45,037 bases of DNA, taken from positions 1 through 45,037 of the forward strand of contig JBLKOU010000004.1 of NCBI GenBank assembly GCA_047603125.1, given 5' to 3'. This document shows, piece by piece, positions 9,648 through 19,183 of the stretch. Positions within the stretch are counted from its first letter, which is position 1. Every line of letters starts with the position of its first letter. Origin of the DNA: Candidatus Woesearchaeota archaeon. Its GTDB lineage: Archaea; Nanobdellota; Nanobdellia; Woesearchaeales; DATGWN01. The translations under genes were made by a program, and so were the position numbers. The notes under the pieces were generated by a model. It worked only from the letters and a program-made list of their open reading frames with translations. It was not told the DNA's origin and searched no databases.

Positions 9648-9980
9648 ATGACAATCAATAGAATCATTGAACAATTTGAAGCTGCTAAAAAGCGAGTAGA
9701 CTCCGTTGCCAAAGGTTCGGAGCTTATCCCTCACTTTCAATCAAAAACAACAACAGATTCATATAATGAAGGTGAAGGTGTTTTTTACAAACCGGGAAAT
9801 TTCTTAGTATATTCATTTAAAGGCCATGGTGAACTACGCCCCGCAACGCCAACAGAAGTCTTGGATAAATATACCTTTTATGGATTTGAGCCAACAGATT
9901 TGGGCTTAGCCGTTACGGAAGCAACAAAAATATTAAATGATTGGTATCAAGTACACAGACCTACAAAAACAAATTCTTAG
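9648..9980 (+). CDS. Hypothetical protein
   Basis: 110-aa ORF divergent from the antiporter, with TTTAAAAA upstream. Confidence 0.6.
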   Translation: MTINRIIEQFEAAKKRVDSVAKGSELIPHFQSKTTTDSYNEGEGVFYKPGNFLVYSFKGHGELRPATPTEVLDKYTFYGFEPTDLGLAVTEATKILNDWYQVHRPTKTNS

Positions 9981-11047
9981 TCTTTGAGATTCGAGAGGTA
10001 TTCACACACACCTTTATAGATGTCAATAGTTTTTTGACAATTTTTGATAGGACAAAATTCATTAACAATATGGCACGCTTTCTCTGCACCAGCACCAAAT
10101 ACGACTGCTGCCTGGCCTTTTTCGGTGTGAAATATCATATCGTTTGATCCATTCGTAATTGTTTTTTGTGTAATTCCTTGTTTTTCAAATGCGTGTACAA
10201 GTTCATTGTCACTGGGCTGATAACAAGATGGAACGTTGCTAATAATGCGTATATCGGGCTGTTTTTTTAGATATGCGACAAAAGCGTCGTGCGTTTTAGA
10301 AGTTGTTCGTATGTCTCCTTTTGCAATTGCTTGAGAGGGAATGACATTAATAGCAACACCTCCCTGAATAATTGTTGGAAAAGAGATTGTTGCGGGTGTA
10401 AAAATATCTTCTTCAAGGGGAAACGTTTTCAAATCGTCGTGAATTTGTTGTATTCTTTTAAGAAGAGCTGTTATTGCATTTTCTCCATGCTCAGGCTCAC
10501 TTGCATGATGTGCTTTTCCTTTGGCTGTGAGTTCAAAAAAAAGCGACCCCTTATTTCCCACGCCCAGATATTTGGCATCCCTGGGTTCACAAATAATCGC
10601 ATATGTTTTTTGATAGGAATAGTTTTTTTCAAAATACTCAGTCACTTGCTGGGATCCTGATCCGTCCACTTCTTCGTTTGTTACATAGAGGAGAAATATA
10701 TCGAGGTCTTGTTCACAGAAAAAATCAATTAAGAATAAGGTAATTGCCGTAGAAATCTTCTCATCACTCACACCAAGACCATAATAGTTTTTTTCATCCT
10801 TTTCTAATGTGAACGGGTCAGTCTTCCAAAGTTTGCGATCACAAACAGGAACGGTGTCCATGTGACAGTTAAAGAGTACGGCTCTATTTGATCCTTTGTT
10901 TATATGAATGATGATATTTTCTTTGTGTTCTGTGAGTATCACGTTTTTATTTTTACAAAAATTCTTAATGTAAGCTGCAAGTTTTTGTTCATTTCCTGAA
11001 TACGATTGTATTTGAATAATATCTTGGAGGATTGTTTCGTAGTTCAT
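9977..11047 (-). CDS. M20 family metallohydrolase (ArgE/DapE-like)
   Basis: HMDTVP, GLGVSDEK, EEVDG, ICEP, HASEP, NVIP, CHIVNE. Confidence 0.92.
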   Translation of the reverse strand: MNYETILQDIIQIQSYSGNEQKLAAYIKNFCKNKNVILTEHKENIIIHINKGSNRAVLFNCHMDTVPVCDRKLWKTDPFTLEKDEKNYYGLGVSDEKISTAITLFLIDFFCEQDLDIFLLYVTNEEVDGSGSQQVTEYFEKNYSYQKTYAIICEPRDAKYLGVGNKGSLFFELTAKGKAHHASEPEHGENAITALLKRIQQIHDDLKTFPLEEDIFTPATISFPTIIQGGVAINVIPSQAIAKGDIRTTSKTHDAFVAYLKKQPDIRIISNVPSCYQPSDNELVHAFEKQGITQKTITNGSNDMIFHTEKGQAAVVFGAGAEKACHIVNEFCPIKNCQKTIDIYKGVCEYLSNLKD

Positions 11048-11052
11048 GTGGT

Positions 11053-12087
11053 TTATTTATCCAGTATGGGTCCTCCAATTAGCTTTAGTATGTGGCACAT
11101 TTTTCTGATTTTATCCCATGAAAGTGCAAAAGAGATTCGTATATGATCTGTGTTTTGACTAAATGCACTCCCTTTAACAACCAGAAGTTTGTGCTCTATG
11201 CATTTTTGATAAAATTGTTCTTCATCCCCAACAAAAAGATAAAAATAAAAAGCACCCCTTGGATACGTAAACTGATACAAATCTTTTAGTTCCTGCGCAA
11301 TAAAATCGCGCTTTTTTTTAAGTTCAGTTATGTCAATTTGAGTATCAAAACACGAATTTATTGCAACTTGGGTACTATGTGGCGCACAAACAAATGTAAA
11401 TTGTTGCAACGCTCGCAATGCCTCCATATCTTTGGTTCTTCCTGCCAAATACCCAATACGAAGCCCTGTTAGTGCAAACTTTTTTGACCAACCGTCAATT
11501 ACAATAGATTTTTCATATAAATCTCCTATAGAAACAAATGTGGAGTCGTAATCAAATGAACGATATACTTCGTCACTAATGATATAGATATTGTGTCTTC
11601 TTGCAATTTCAACGACTTGCAGTAACTCTTTGTGGCTGTAGACCTGGCCAGTTGGATTATTAGGTGAGTTGATTATAATAGCGCTCGTTTTTGATGTAAT
11701 ATTCTTTGAAATTTCTGTCAATGATGATACAAAAACTGGTGTGACATTTACATATTTTAGTAGCTCGGGATATGAAACAAAATAAGGTTCAATAACAATG
11801 ACTTCTCCTTCTAGTAAATTAAATGCAAGAAAAAGTGCCGCGCTTGCACCGCTTGTTACTATACAAGATTGCGCATGTGTATATTGGTGTATGATTTTTT
11901 CTTGGAGTTGTGCAATACCATTAGTTTGCGTATACCCTGTTTTATTTTGATCAATAGCTTGAATTATTGCATCTTTGATTGAGCGGGGAACTTCAAAATC
12001 GGGCTGTCCAATAGTGGCATTTAACGCGTCAGGTATTGGTTGAAATGATGCCCTGATTTTTGAGTCATTTATTTTATCTAAATTCAT
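11053..12087 (-). CDS. PLP-dependent aminotransferase class I/II (probable aromatic/aspartate aminotransferase)
   Basis: IGQPDF, NSPNNPTG, SDEVY, SKKFALTGLRIG. Confidence 0.93.
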   Translation of the reverse strand: MNLDKINDSKIRASFQPIPDALNATIGQPDFEVPRSIKDAIIQAIDQNKTGYTQTNGIAQLQEKIIHQYTHAQSCIVTSGASAALFLAFNLLEGEVIVIEPYFVSYPELLKYVNVTPVFVSSLTEISKNITSKTSAIIINSPNNPTGQVYSHKELLQVVEIARRHNIYIISDEVYRSFDYDSTFVSIGDLYEKSIVIDGWSKKFALTGLRIGYLAGRTKDMEALRALQQFTFVCAPHSTQVAINSCFDTQIDITELKKKRDFIAQELKDLYQFTYPRGAFYFYLFVGDEEQFYQKCIEHKLLVVKGSAFSQNTDHIRISFALSWDKIRKMCHILKLIGGPILDK

Positions 12088-13642
12088 TGTATTCCCCTAA
12101 TTCAATAACAGTGTATTTTGTTTTAAGTTTTTCAAGTGCGCATATATATCCTTGACGGTTATTTTTTATATTGACGTCAATGTGAAACATATATGTCCCT
12201 AACAAATCTTTTATTGGTCGTGATTCTATTCTTGATAAATTAAGATTCGCATCATAAAATATTTTGAGCATTTCATATAGCAAACCAGGCCGATCAATTT
12301 TAGGTTTGATGACAAGCGTTGATTTATCTCCTTTTTTATTTGCTTTTTGAGACACTATGATAAATCGTGTCTTATTTTGTGAATTATCTTCAATATTTCG
12401 TTCGTATATTTGTAGATTATAAAGCCGAGCAGCAAATTCTGTGCCTATTGCAAGACAGTTCTTTCGCTTGTTTTCTTTAATTTCTTTAAACGCTTGTGCG
12501 GTACTAGAAACACGTTCAATCTTTGCGTGCGGATATTTTTTTAGAAAATTTGTGCATTGTGCAAGCGCTTGCGGATGGCTGAGTATCGTCTCAACAGTAT
12601 CTACTCTATATCCTGCGGCACAGTGTGAAATTGGTGCGATGATTTCTTGATTGATTTTAAGCTTATGCTCGACGACAATATCACACACATCGGCAATCGA
12701 GCCGCCAATTGAATTTTCAATTGGAAGTAAGCCACAAGTTACTTCATTATTCTCAATCATGAGAGCTACATTTGAAAAAGTGTGAGCGTACTTAGTTTCC
12801 ATTCCTAATTTTGAGGCAACAAAATCTGAAAAGCTTCCTTTCGGTCCTAAAACCGCGATTGATGTGTGTAACGATTTCAATAATTTTTGAGATTCCGTAT
12901 AATGCTTCTCGAGTATTTGAGGAAGTTTTTTCTTAACTTTTTCAAAAATGTCGATATATTCTTTTTCGTTTTTTTTGGAGACTGCTTGCGAGAGTTTTTT
13001 TGTATTTGTTATAAAATTTTTAAGAATAGGAATGAATGCTTTATTCTCGAATTGAATATGCGCATACATAGTTGGTTCTTGTGCAAATATTCGCGAAATG
13101 GTGTCAATTAATAATTGAAAATAAGGTGTGGTAAAATCAAATACGTTTATATTTTCATGACTATCTGCAAGAGTCTTGGCAAAAACAATTCCTGTGAAAT
13201 GACTTAATGCCTGTACATACGCCATTGCCTTTTCATGTTCCTCTTTTGTAGTATGTATGATTTGTATTGAGTTTTCTTCTAAAGTTTGTAGTAGATCGAT
13301 AAGCAATTTTGGTGTCTTACATACACATACTATTTTTTTCTGTGCATCAACGCCTGGAGCAAAAAGAGGATGAAGATATGCACTAGGGCAAGAAAGCGTA
13401 TCTAGAGGCGCGTTCATGCTGCTGGATGTGTCTATGACGACTTGATTCGTAAGAACTTCTTTTAAATCTTCAATAATTGCTCGCGTTTTTTCTTGAGGAA
13501 CGCATAATAATATATGGGAACTATTTTTTGCGTACGTTTTTAATTGCGAGTAATTCTTTGAATTAATTACTTTTGCATCTTCAAAAATACTTCGAAAAAA
13601 GGAACCTATTTTGCCAGTTCCTCCGATAATGAGTATATTCAT
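12074..13642 (-). CDS. Fused prephenate dehydrogenase (TyrA) / prephenate dehydratase-ACT (PheA)
   Basis: N-half: IIGGTGKIG, HPLFAP, EHEKAMAYVQALSH. C-half: LGPKGSFS, PIENSIGG, SHPQALAQC, NKTRF, DRPGLL, IESRP. Confidence 0.92.
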   Translation of the reverse strand: MNILIIGGTGKIGSFFRSIFEDAKVINSKNYSQLKTYAKNSSHILLCVPQEKTRAIIEDLKEVLTNQVVIDTSSSMNAPLDTLSCPSAYLHPLFAPGVDAQKKIVCVCKTPKLLIDLLQTLEENSIQIIHTTKEEHEKAMAYVQALSHFTGIVFAKTLADSHENINVFDFTTPYFQLLIDTISRIFAQEPTMYAHIQFENKAFIPILKNFITNTKKLSQAVSKKNEKEYIDIFEKVKKKLPQILEKHYTESQKLLKSLHTSIAVLGPKGSFSDFVASKLGMETKYAHTFSNVALMIENNEVTCGLLPIENSIGGSIADVCDIVVEHKLKINQEIIAPISHCAAGYRVDTVETILSHPQALAQCTNFLKKYPHAKIERVSSTAQAFKEIKENKRKNCLAIGTEFAARLYNLQIYERNIEDNSQNKTRFIIVSQKANKKGDKSTLVIKPKIDRPGLLYEMLKIFYDANLNLSRIESRPIKDLLGTYMFHIDVNIKNNRQGYICALEKLKTKYTVIELGEYNEFR

Positions 13643-13911
13643 TTTCCCATGATTTCTCTTTCAATTCTGTGAGCGTCTTCTATAATACGTTTTACGATGT
13701 CTTCTACGAGGTCAGGGTTGAGCGAGAGTTCTTGAGCAAGTTTTCGCTTGTTCTCAATAATTTCTTTTTCTCGTTGTGGCTGATATCTATCTACATTGTT
13801 TTGACTTTTGTATGCTGCAACTTTTGGGATGAAAGCCATTCTTTCAGCTAAAATCATAAAAAGAGCATTGTCCAATCTGTCTAAATGTTCACGAATTTCT
13901 GTCAGTTCCAT
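13639..13911 (-). CDS. Chorismate mutase (AroQ type)
   Basis: LTEIREHLDRLD...LAER...VAAYK...PQREKEI. Start moved to ATG 13911. Confidence 0.9.
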   Translation of the reverse strand: MELTEIREHLDRLDNALFMILAERMAFIPKVAAYKSQNNVDRYQPQREKEIIENKRKLAQELSLNPDLVEDIVKRIIEDAHRIEREIMGK

Positions 13912-14929
13912 GTGTATCACACTGCATATGTCTTTGATGATATATATAGTTTGCGACATGTATCGCTCCGATAATTGATTTTGTAAACGGCATTCCTGGA
14001 AGTCTGCCCCCATTTTTTGAACCATCAACTTCGCATTCGCCTAAACTGAATATTCTTTTATGCGGTACGATTAAGTGATTTGGATCAGTTCTAAAACCGC
14101 CACTGGTGTAGTGAAAAACAGGTCTTACTTCGAGCGGTTTTCCTCCGTTAAAGTGTTTGGATGTAAAAAAGCACTCTCTTGCGTTCATTTGCTCAACGAT
14201 TTTTGGGAATATTTCGTGGTATGTGTCTGCTCGTAGATGTTTTTCTAGCTCGCTTGAAAAGAACTGCTCTCCTGTACGAGTTTTAAAGATACCTCTTTGG
14301 ACTTCTTTTCCTGTTAAAACATCGCGTCCGTTAAGATATCCAAATGGATGGATGAAAAATGAATCTCGATGTTCGACTGAGCTATCTGAGGCAGTAAACA
14401 ACTCATCACCTTGGTATTTAACCGCATCACTAAGGTGCAAATATGGTGCAAATCCTCCAATTGCTAAAACTATGTATTCTGCCTCATATAAAGTGTTTTC
14501 CGTGGTTGCTTGTGCATGGTGAGAAAATTCTTGCACTGAAATGATATGATTATCGGTATGAATTGGTCTAATTTGTTGTTGTAATCTTTTTAGGATGAGG
14601 TGACCTCCTCTTGGTTTTTGCTCTTTTGGGATGATTCCAAAAGATTTTGTCAGAAAGTCAATGTCTAGCTCTTCAAAAAATTTTTCTACGAGTGGTGAAT
14701 CTTTGTAGTAGGATAATTCATTTTTTGAGCAATTCAGACTTTGTTGAGAAAATTCGTACAATTGTTCAGGTTTTTTTACAATTCGACAATGCCCGTAACT
14801 CTTTGATGAGGTATTTGCAAGAGGGTTTCTTGTGTCGCAGACGTGTACGTAACTAATATCTCTTTTTCCTAATTGGTACGCGAGTGAGGAGCCAGCAATA
14901 CCGCTTCCGATGATTAAGACTGTATTCAT
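13889..14929 (-). CDS. FAD-dependent oxidoreductase, compact NadB/SdhA-like flavoprotein
   Basis: IIGSGIAG, IVLAIGG, FIHP, PVFHYTSGGF, LGEC, GRLPG. Shorter than typical family members. Confidence 0.75.
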   Translation of the reverse strand: MNTVLIIGSGIAGSSLAYQLGKRDISYVHVCDTRNPLANTSSKSYGHCRIVKKPEQLYEFSQQSLNCSKNELSYYKDSPLVEKFFEELDIDFLTKSFGIIPKEQKPRGGHLILKRLQQQIRPIHTDNHIISVQEFSHHAQATTENTLYEAEYIVLAIGGFAPYLHLSDAVKYQGDELFTASDSSVEHRDSFFIHPFGYLNGRDVLTGKEVQRGIFKTRTGEQFFSSELEKHLRADTYHEIFPKIVEQMNARECFFTSKHFNGGKPLEVRPVFHYTSGGFRTDPNHLIVPHKRIFSLGECEVDGSKNGGRLPGMPFTKSIIGAIHVANYIYHQRHMQCDTHGTDRNS

Positions 14930-14982
14930 GTTCTTTGGTTTTAATCAGTGGTCATTTTTTACTATGTGGGTAATTAGGGAAT

Positions 14983-15408
14983 TTATATTATCGCCTTTTT
15001 TATTAGGGAGATTAGTAGTCCTGCTATCAGTATACCTACAGGAATTGAGTTAGGTATTTTCAACCCAAATAGTGTAAAAGCGATGAAAATAAGAACAATT
15101 CCGCCTGTTATTTGCAATAGTTTTAAGTCAAGTAGAGGTAGGATACTCGCACCTATTGCTGCGGCCAGCACTAATGCAAACGTGGCAATACAACTTGCCA
15201 CAAGAACAGAAAAAACATTTTGTTTTACTGTTCCTCCCAATGTTGCTGCTAAAAAGAGCGCTGTCGGTCCTGCGATAAACAAGAGTCCTATTAGGGGTGC
15301 GTTTTTTAGTGTTAAAAAGCCACTTGCTGCTAATATGGAGATATGGCCAGTCATTGCTGGCAAGCTTAAGACTTGTGCTAGTTGCTTTGTTTTTTGTGAA
15401 AGTATCAT
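14983..15408 (-). CDS. Small multi-pass membrane protein (weak MarC/LysE-like similarity)
   Basis: About 4-5 hydrophobic segments; LQITGGIVLIFIA; divergent from Lrp. Confidence 0.65.
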   Translation of the reverse strand: MILSQKTKQLAQVLSLPAMTGHISILAASGFLTLKNAPLIGLLFIAGPTALFLAATLGGTVKQNVFSVLVASCIATFALVLAAAIGASILPLLDLKLLQITGGIVLIFIAFTLFGLKIPNSIPVGILIAGLLISLIKKAII

Positions 15409-15504
15409 ATATTCTTTGATGTTGGACGCCCTCTTATATCTTATTGAAGATTATTCAATATATAAACAAAAAATATATAAATAATTGAATATTATACGAA
15501 TATT

Positions 15505-15948
15505 GTGAAAGACATACGGCAAAAATTAGTTGCACTGTTCAAACAAGGCTATTGTACTCCTCAGATTGCTCGCTTGGCAAAGAAACTTAATGAACCTTCA
15601 ACAACGCTGCACTATAATATTAAAAAACTAGAATCTGAGGGTGCTATAAAAGCGTATAAGGCTGTTTTTGATTATAAAAAAATTGATGAGGGTCATTGTT
15701 CGTATATTCTGATTAATTTATCAAAAGATAATTATGCCGATCCAGAAGACGTTTCGAGAGAACTTGCAAAAGACACTAAAGTCGAAAGTGTTGATATTTG
15801 CACAGGCGATTACGAATTATTAGTAAAATTACGTACTAAAGATATTGATCAATATTATGAATGGGTCAAAGCTCGTGTGAAAAAATTTCAATTTGCAAAA
15901 ACATATTCTTTAACGTCATTAAAACAGGTGAAAAGTGAGTTTGTGTGA
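15505..15948 (+). CDS. Lrp/AsnC family transcriptional regulator
   Basis: HTH LAKKLNEPSTTLHYNIKKLESEGAIK and RAM domain CTGDYELLVK. Confidence 0.92.
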   Translation: MKDIRQKLVALFKQGYCTPQIARLAKKLNEPSTTLHYNIKKLESEGAIKAYKAVFDYKKIDEGHCSYILINLSKDNYADPEDVSRELAKDTKVESVDICTGDYELLVKLRTKDIDQYYEWVKARVKKFQFAKTYSLTSLKQVKSEFV

Positions 15949-15986
15949 AGCAAAATGTTTATATAGCTTCTATTCATACCCTGTAT

Positions 15987-16514
15987 ATGAAAAAAATATC
16001 TTCGAATCAAGTTATTGCTGATCTTATAATGGGTCAGACAGGTTCTTCGCTTGAGAACTATAAAGCGCAAGTTCAACAAATATAATCGCTTTCAAAATCA
16101 GAACAAATGAAACTTGCAAAACAAGATGAGTTCCCGCAAACATGGAATGAACTTTTCGAAGATTCTTTAACAGAATGGTTTGAAACCGAATTAGATTATT
16201 CTACTGATTTTATAAACAAAATTTTTGATAGCGGGCAAGGTTTCATGACGCATATTGGATTGAAACATAGTGAATTAGTACGCCAATATCTATCTGGGAA
16301 AATGCCAAAAGAACATAGTGTGAAAATAGATGCTATTCGAAAAAATCTCAAAACACATCCTCGAATAATTGTTTTGACTGCTGACTTTAACGAATTTTCT
16401 ATTTTAGATGGTGCGCGAAGGACTGTTGCATTCATTCTAGAAAAAAAGCCCATCCCTGTGTATATTGGGAGAAGGGATGAATTTTCATCACTACCAAATT
16501 TTGGAAAAAATTAA
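15987..16514 (+). pseudogene. ParB/Srx-like protein interrupted by an in-frame TAA (16083-16085)
   Basis: ATG 15987 lies about 25 nt after TTTATATA and is in frame with ORF 16107-16514. C-terminal PRIIV...ILDGARRTVA...IPVYIG. Confidence 0.6.
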
Positions 16515-16533
16515 GATTATGCTGAGGTCTCAT

Positions 16534-17664
16534 ATGAATACGGAAGAAAAATTTGAATTAATCAAAAGAAATACTGAAGAAATATTAACTGAGTAGAGTC
16601 TTAGAGAGCTTTTAGAGAGTGGAACTCCTTTAAAACATTATATTGGTTTTGAAATTTCGGGAAAAATTCACTTGGGTACTGGTTTAATGTGTATGTCAAA
16701 AGTCAAAGATTTTATGGATGCAGAAGTTGAATGTTCTGTGTTCTTAGCAGACTGGCATAGTTGGATTAATGACAAGTTAGGGGGAGATTTAGCTGTCATT
16801 AAAAAAATAGCAGTGGGCTATTTTCAAGAAGGATTAAAGGCCAGTTTGAAATGTGTCGGGGGAAATCCAAGTAAATTGAAATTTGTTTTGGGTTCGGATT
16901 TGTATCATAATAACGATGATTTTTGGTTAACAGTCATTGATATAGGAAAACACACTAGTTTATCACGAATTGAGCGAAGTATAACCATCATGGGAAGAAA
17001 AGAGGGTGGTGCTGTTGATTTTGCAAAACTGATGTACCCTCCGATGCAAGTCGCTGACATATTTATTCAAGGTATTAATATGCCGCAAGCAGGGCTTGAT
17101 CAACGAAAAGCACAAGTCATTGGACGAGATGTTGCAGAAAAATTATCATTTAAACCTCTTAAAGATATTAATAGAAATATCATTAAGCCATCTGCTGTCC
17201 ATCATCATTTGATTTTAGGCCTTGGGCTGCCACCCGAATGGCCGCTCCCGAAAGAAAAACTTCAAGAATTATGGTCCACTTTGAAGATGAGTAAGTCTAA
17301 ACCAGATATTTGTGTTTTTATTCATGATTCTCCAGAAGAGATTCGGCGCAAAATGAAAAAAGCGTTTTGCCCAGAAGGGGAAGTTGATTTTAATCCTATT
17401 TTGGATTGGTGTAAGAGTTTGGTATTTCCTATTTGCGGAAAACTTGCTATTTTACGGCCTGAAAAGTACGGGGGTAATGTTGAGTATACTTCGTACGCCC
17501 AATTAGTAAGTGATTTTCTTGAGAAAAAATTACATCCCATGGATCTTAAAAATGGTGTGGCTGAGGCTATTATTGCGATTTTAGAACCTGCGAGGAAACA
17601 TTTTGCGCAACCCCACGTCGCAAAAATGCTTAAAGAAATGGAAGAATTGATTGTAACGCGGTGA
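16534..17664 (+). pseudogene. tyrS: Tyrosyl-tRNA synthetase (archaeal type) with an in-frame TAG at codon 21 (16594-16596)
   Basis: MNTEEKFELIKRNTEEILTE*SLRELLE..HYIGFEISGKIHLG continues in frame into LADWH, YPPMQVADI, GLDQRK, KMSKS, LHPMDLK. Confidence 0.85.
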
Positions 17665-17723
17665 TTTTCTGTACTATTTGAAGAAACGAAAGGATTAAAA
17701 AGTAATTAGTTTATTTATCCACT

Positions 17724-19169
17724 ATGGTTTGGTTTTTTCGTCATCATCGGTTCTCTAAAGCAGAAGAATTTAAAGATTTACTTGAGCAGGTGTTCGAGGA
17801 TATTGAAAAAGAGGGTGTGGATTATAAAAAAATACAAAAGTACATTCTGTTTATAACTAAGGGAAGCGTTTTTGTTACAGATAGTATTTTTTCGGAGATT
17901 CGAAAGAAAATAAATGATTTTCAAATACATTTAGAAAAAGACGGACAATTATGTGATTATTTTCTTGAGATTCTTGCTTCGATAGAAAAATCAAATCCGG
18001 ATTTGTCAAGTTCAGTTCTTGATCCACTACATGAAAAAGTTTCACAGCTAGAAGCGAATCTCGATGATCTGTATACATCTTTTTCTAATATAATTGAAAA
18101 ATTAGATAAGCTTCAGAAGGAAGCGGGCGAACAAATTAAGCATAAAGAAAAAATTCAAGCTCTTAAGCAAGAAATCCTTGACGAAAAAACATACAAAATG
18201 GAAGTAGAACTTCGTGCTAAACTGAGTAAATTGGAGGCGAAAAAATCAGTTGAGGATTATCAAAAAAGACGGGATGAATTGAAATTCGAAATTGAAAAAA
18301 TATCTGAGGGAGTAAATACAAAATTTGAGGAAATAACTAAACTTTCAGAAGAAATTTATGAGATAATAGGATATTTTTCGGCATTTATAGTAAAACATTA
18401 TCATATCATCGATGAGTATGAGAAAAAGTTTACTATGGACAAAGAGTTTTTGGAGAAAAATTTTTTCTATAAGCAGGATAAGACTCTGAAACCTTTACAT
18501 AATGATTATTTGTATGTCATTAACAAAACTTTAGATACAAAACAATTGTTAACTATTTATAATTATTTGTTAAGTTTATTAGCAGATATAGGTAAGACAA
18601 AGTCGTCAGACTTTCCTACTCGCATTCAAATAATGAACAAAAATTATGTTCGGGTGAAACAATTAGAAAGTGTAGTTAATTCTTTAAGAAAAGATCTCGA
18701 ACTTTTTGAAGATAGTAATTCTGATGATGATTCTAAGATTAGAACGATTTTATGCGGAAAACTATCTCTTGATTCTCCTATTGATAAAAAAGTCGAGGGA
18801 CTCATCAAAGGATATTCATATGCAGCTTTGGTGAAGGCAGGATTTGAGGCAGTTGTTAAAAGTGGAAGTAAGTCCAATATAGTTCTAAAAGAAGTCGAAC
18901 GACATGGTCGAAATAAAATACTCTTTTATGAAAATAAATACGACGAAAAAGTATATCTTGACAAAAATGGCTACGGATGGAAACTTGATCTTTCACATAA
19001 AGATGGTCCTCATTTTGATATTCAGAAAGGTGATGCACGTATACCAAAATCAATGGATCAACAGGAAGAAATTGGTAAATATTTTAAAGACTTGAAGAAT
19101 ATAGATCATGTAAATACATCACTCTGGAAAAATCCGAAAAAGCAAAGAATTCGAATTTGGGTTTCTTAA
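17724..19169 (+). CDS. Long coiled-coil protein with a C-terminal polymorphic-toxin-like (putative RNase) domain
   Basis: About 340 aa of E/K/L-rich helical sequence, then YLDKNGYGWKLDLSHKDGPHFDIQ. Confidence 0.6.
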   Translation: MVWFFRHHRFSKAEEFKDLLEQVFEDIEKEGVDYKKIQKYILFITKGSVFVTDSIFSEIRKKINDFQIHLEKDGQLCDYFLEILASIEKSNPDLSSSVLDPLHEKVSQLEANLDDLYTSFSNIIEKLDKLQKEAGEQIKHKEKIQALKQEILDEKTYKMEVELRAKLSKLEAKKSVEDYQKRRDELKFEIEKISEGVNTKFEEITKLSEEIYEIIGYFSAFIVKHYHIIDEYEKKFTMDKEFLEKNFFYKQDKTLKPLHNDYLYVINKTLDTKQLLTIYNYLLSLLADIGKTKSSDFPTRIQIMNKNYVRVKQLESVVNSLRKDLELFEDSNSDDDSKIRTILCGKLSLDSPIDKKVEGLIKGYSYAALVKAGFEAVVKSGSKSNIVLKEVERHGRNKILFYENKYDEKVYLDKNGYGWKLDLSHKDGPHFDIQKGDARIPKSMDQQEEIGKYFKDLKNIDHVNTSLWKNPKKQRIRIWVS

Positions 19170-19183
19170 ATACAATTGGAGTC

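Noticed and set aside
16594..16596. Genome-wide TAG reassignment or pyrrolysine
   Set aside because: TAG ends rps13, rpl14e and gatA at their expected C-termini, and no pyl genes are in the window.
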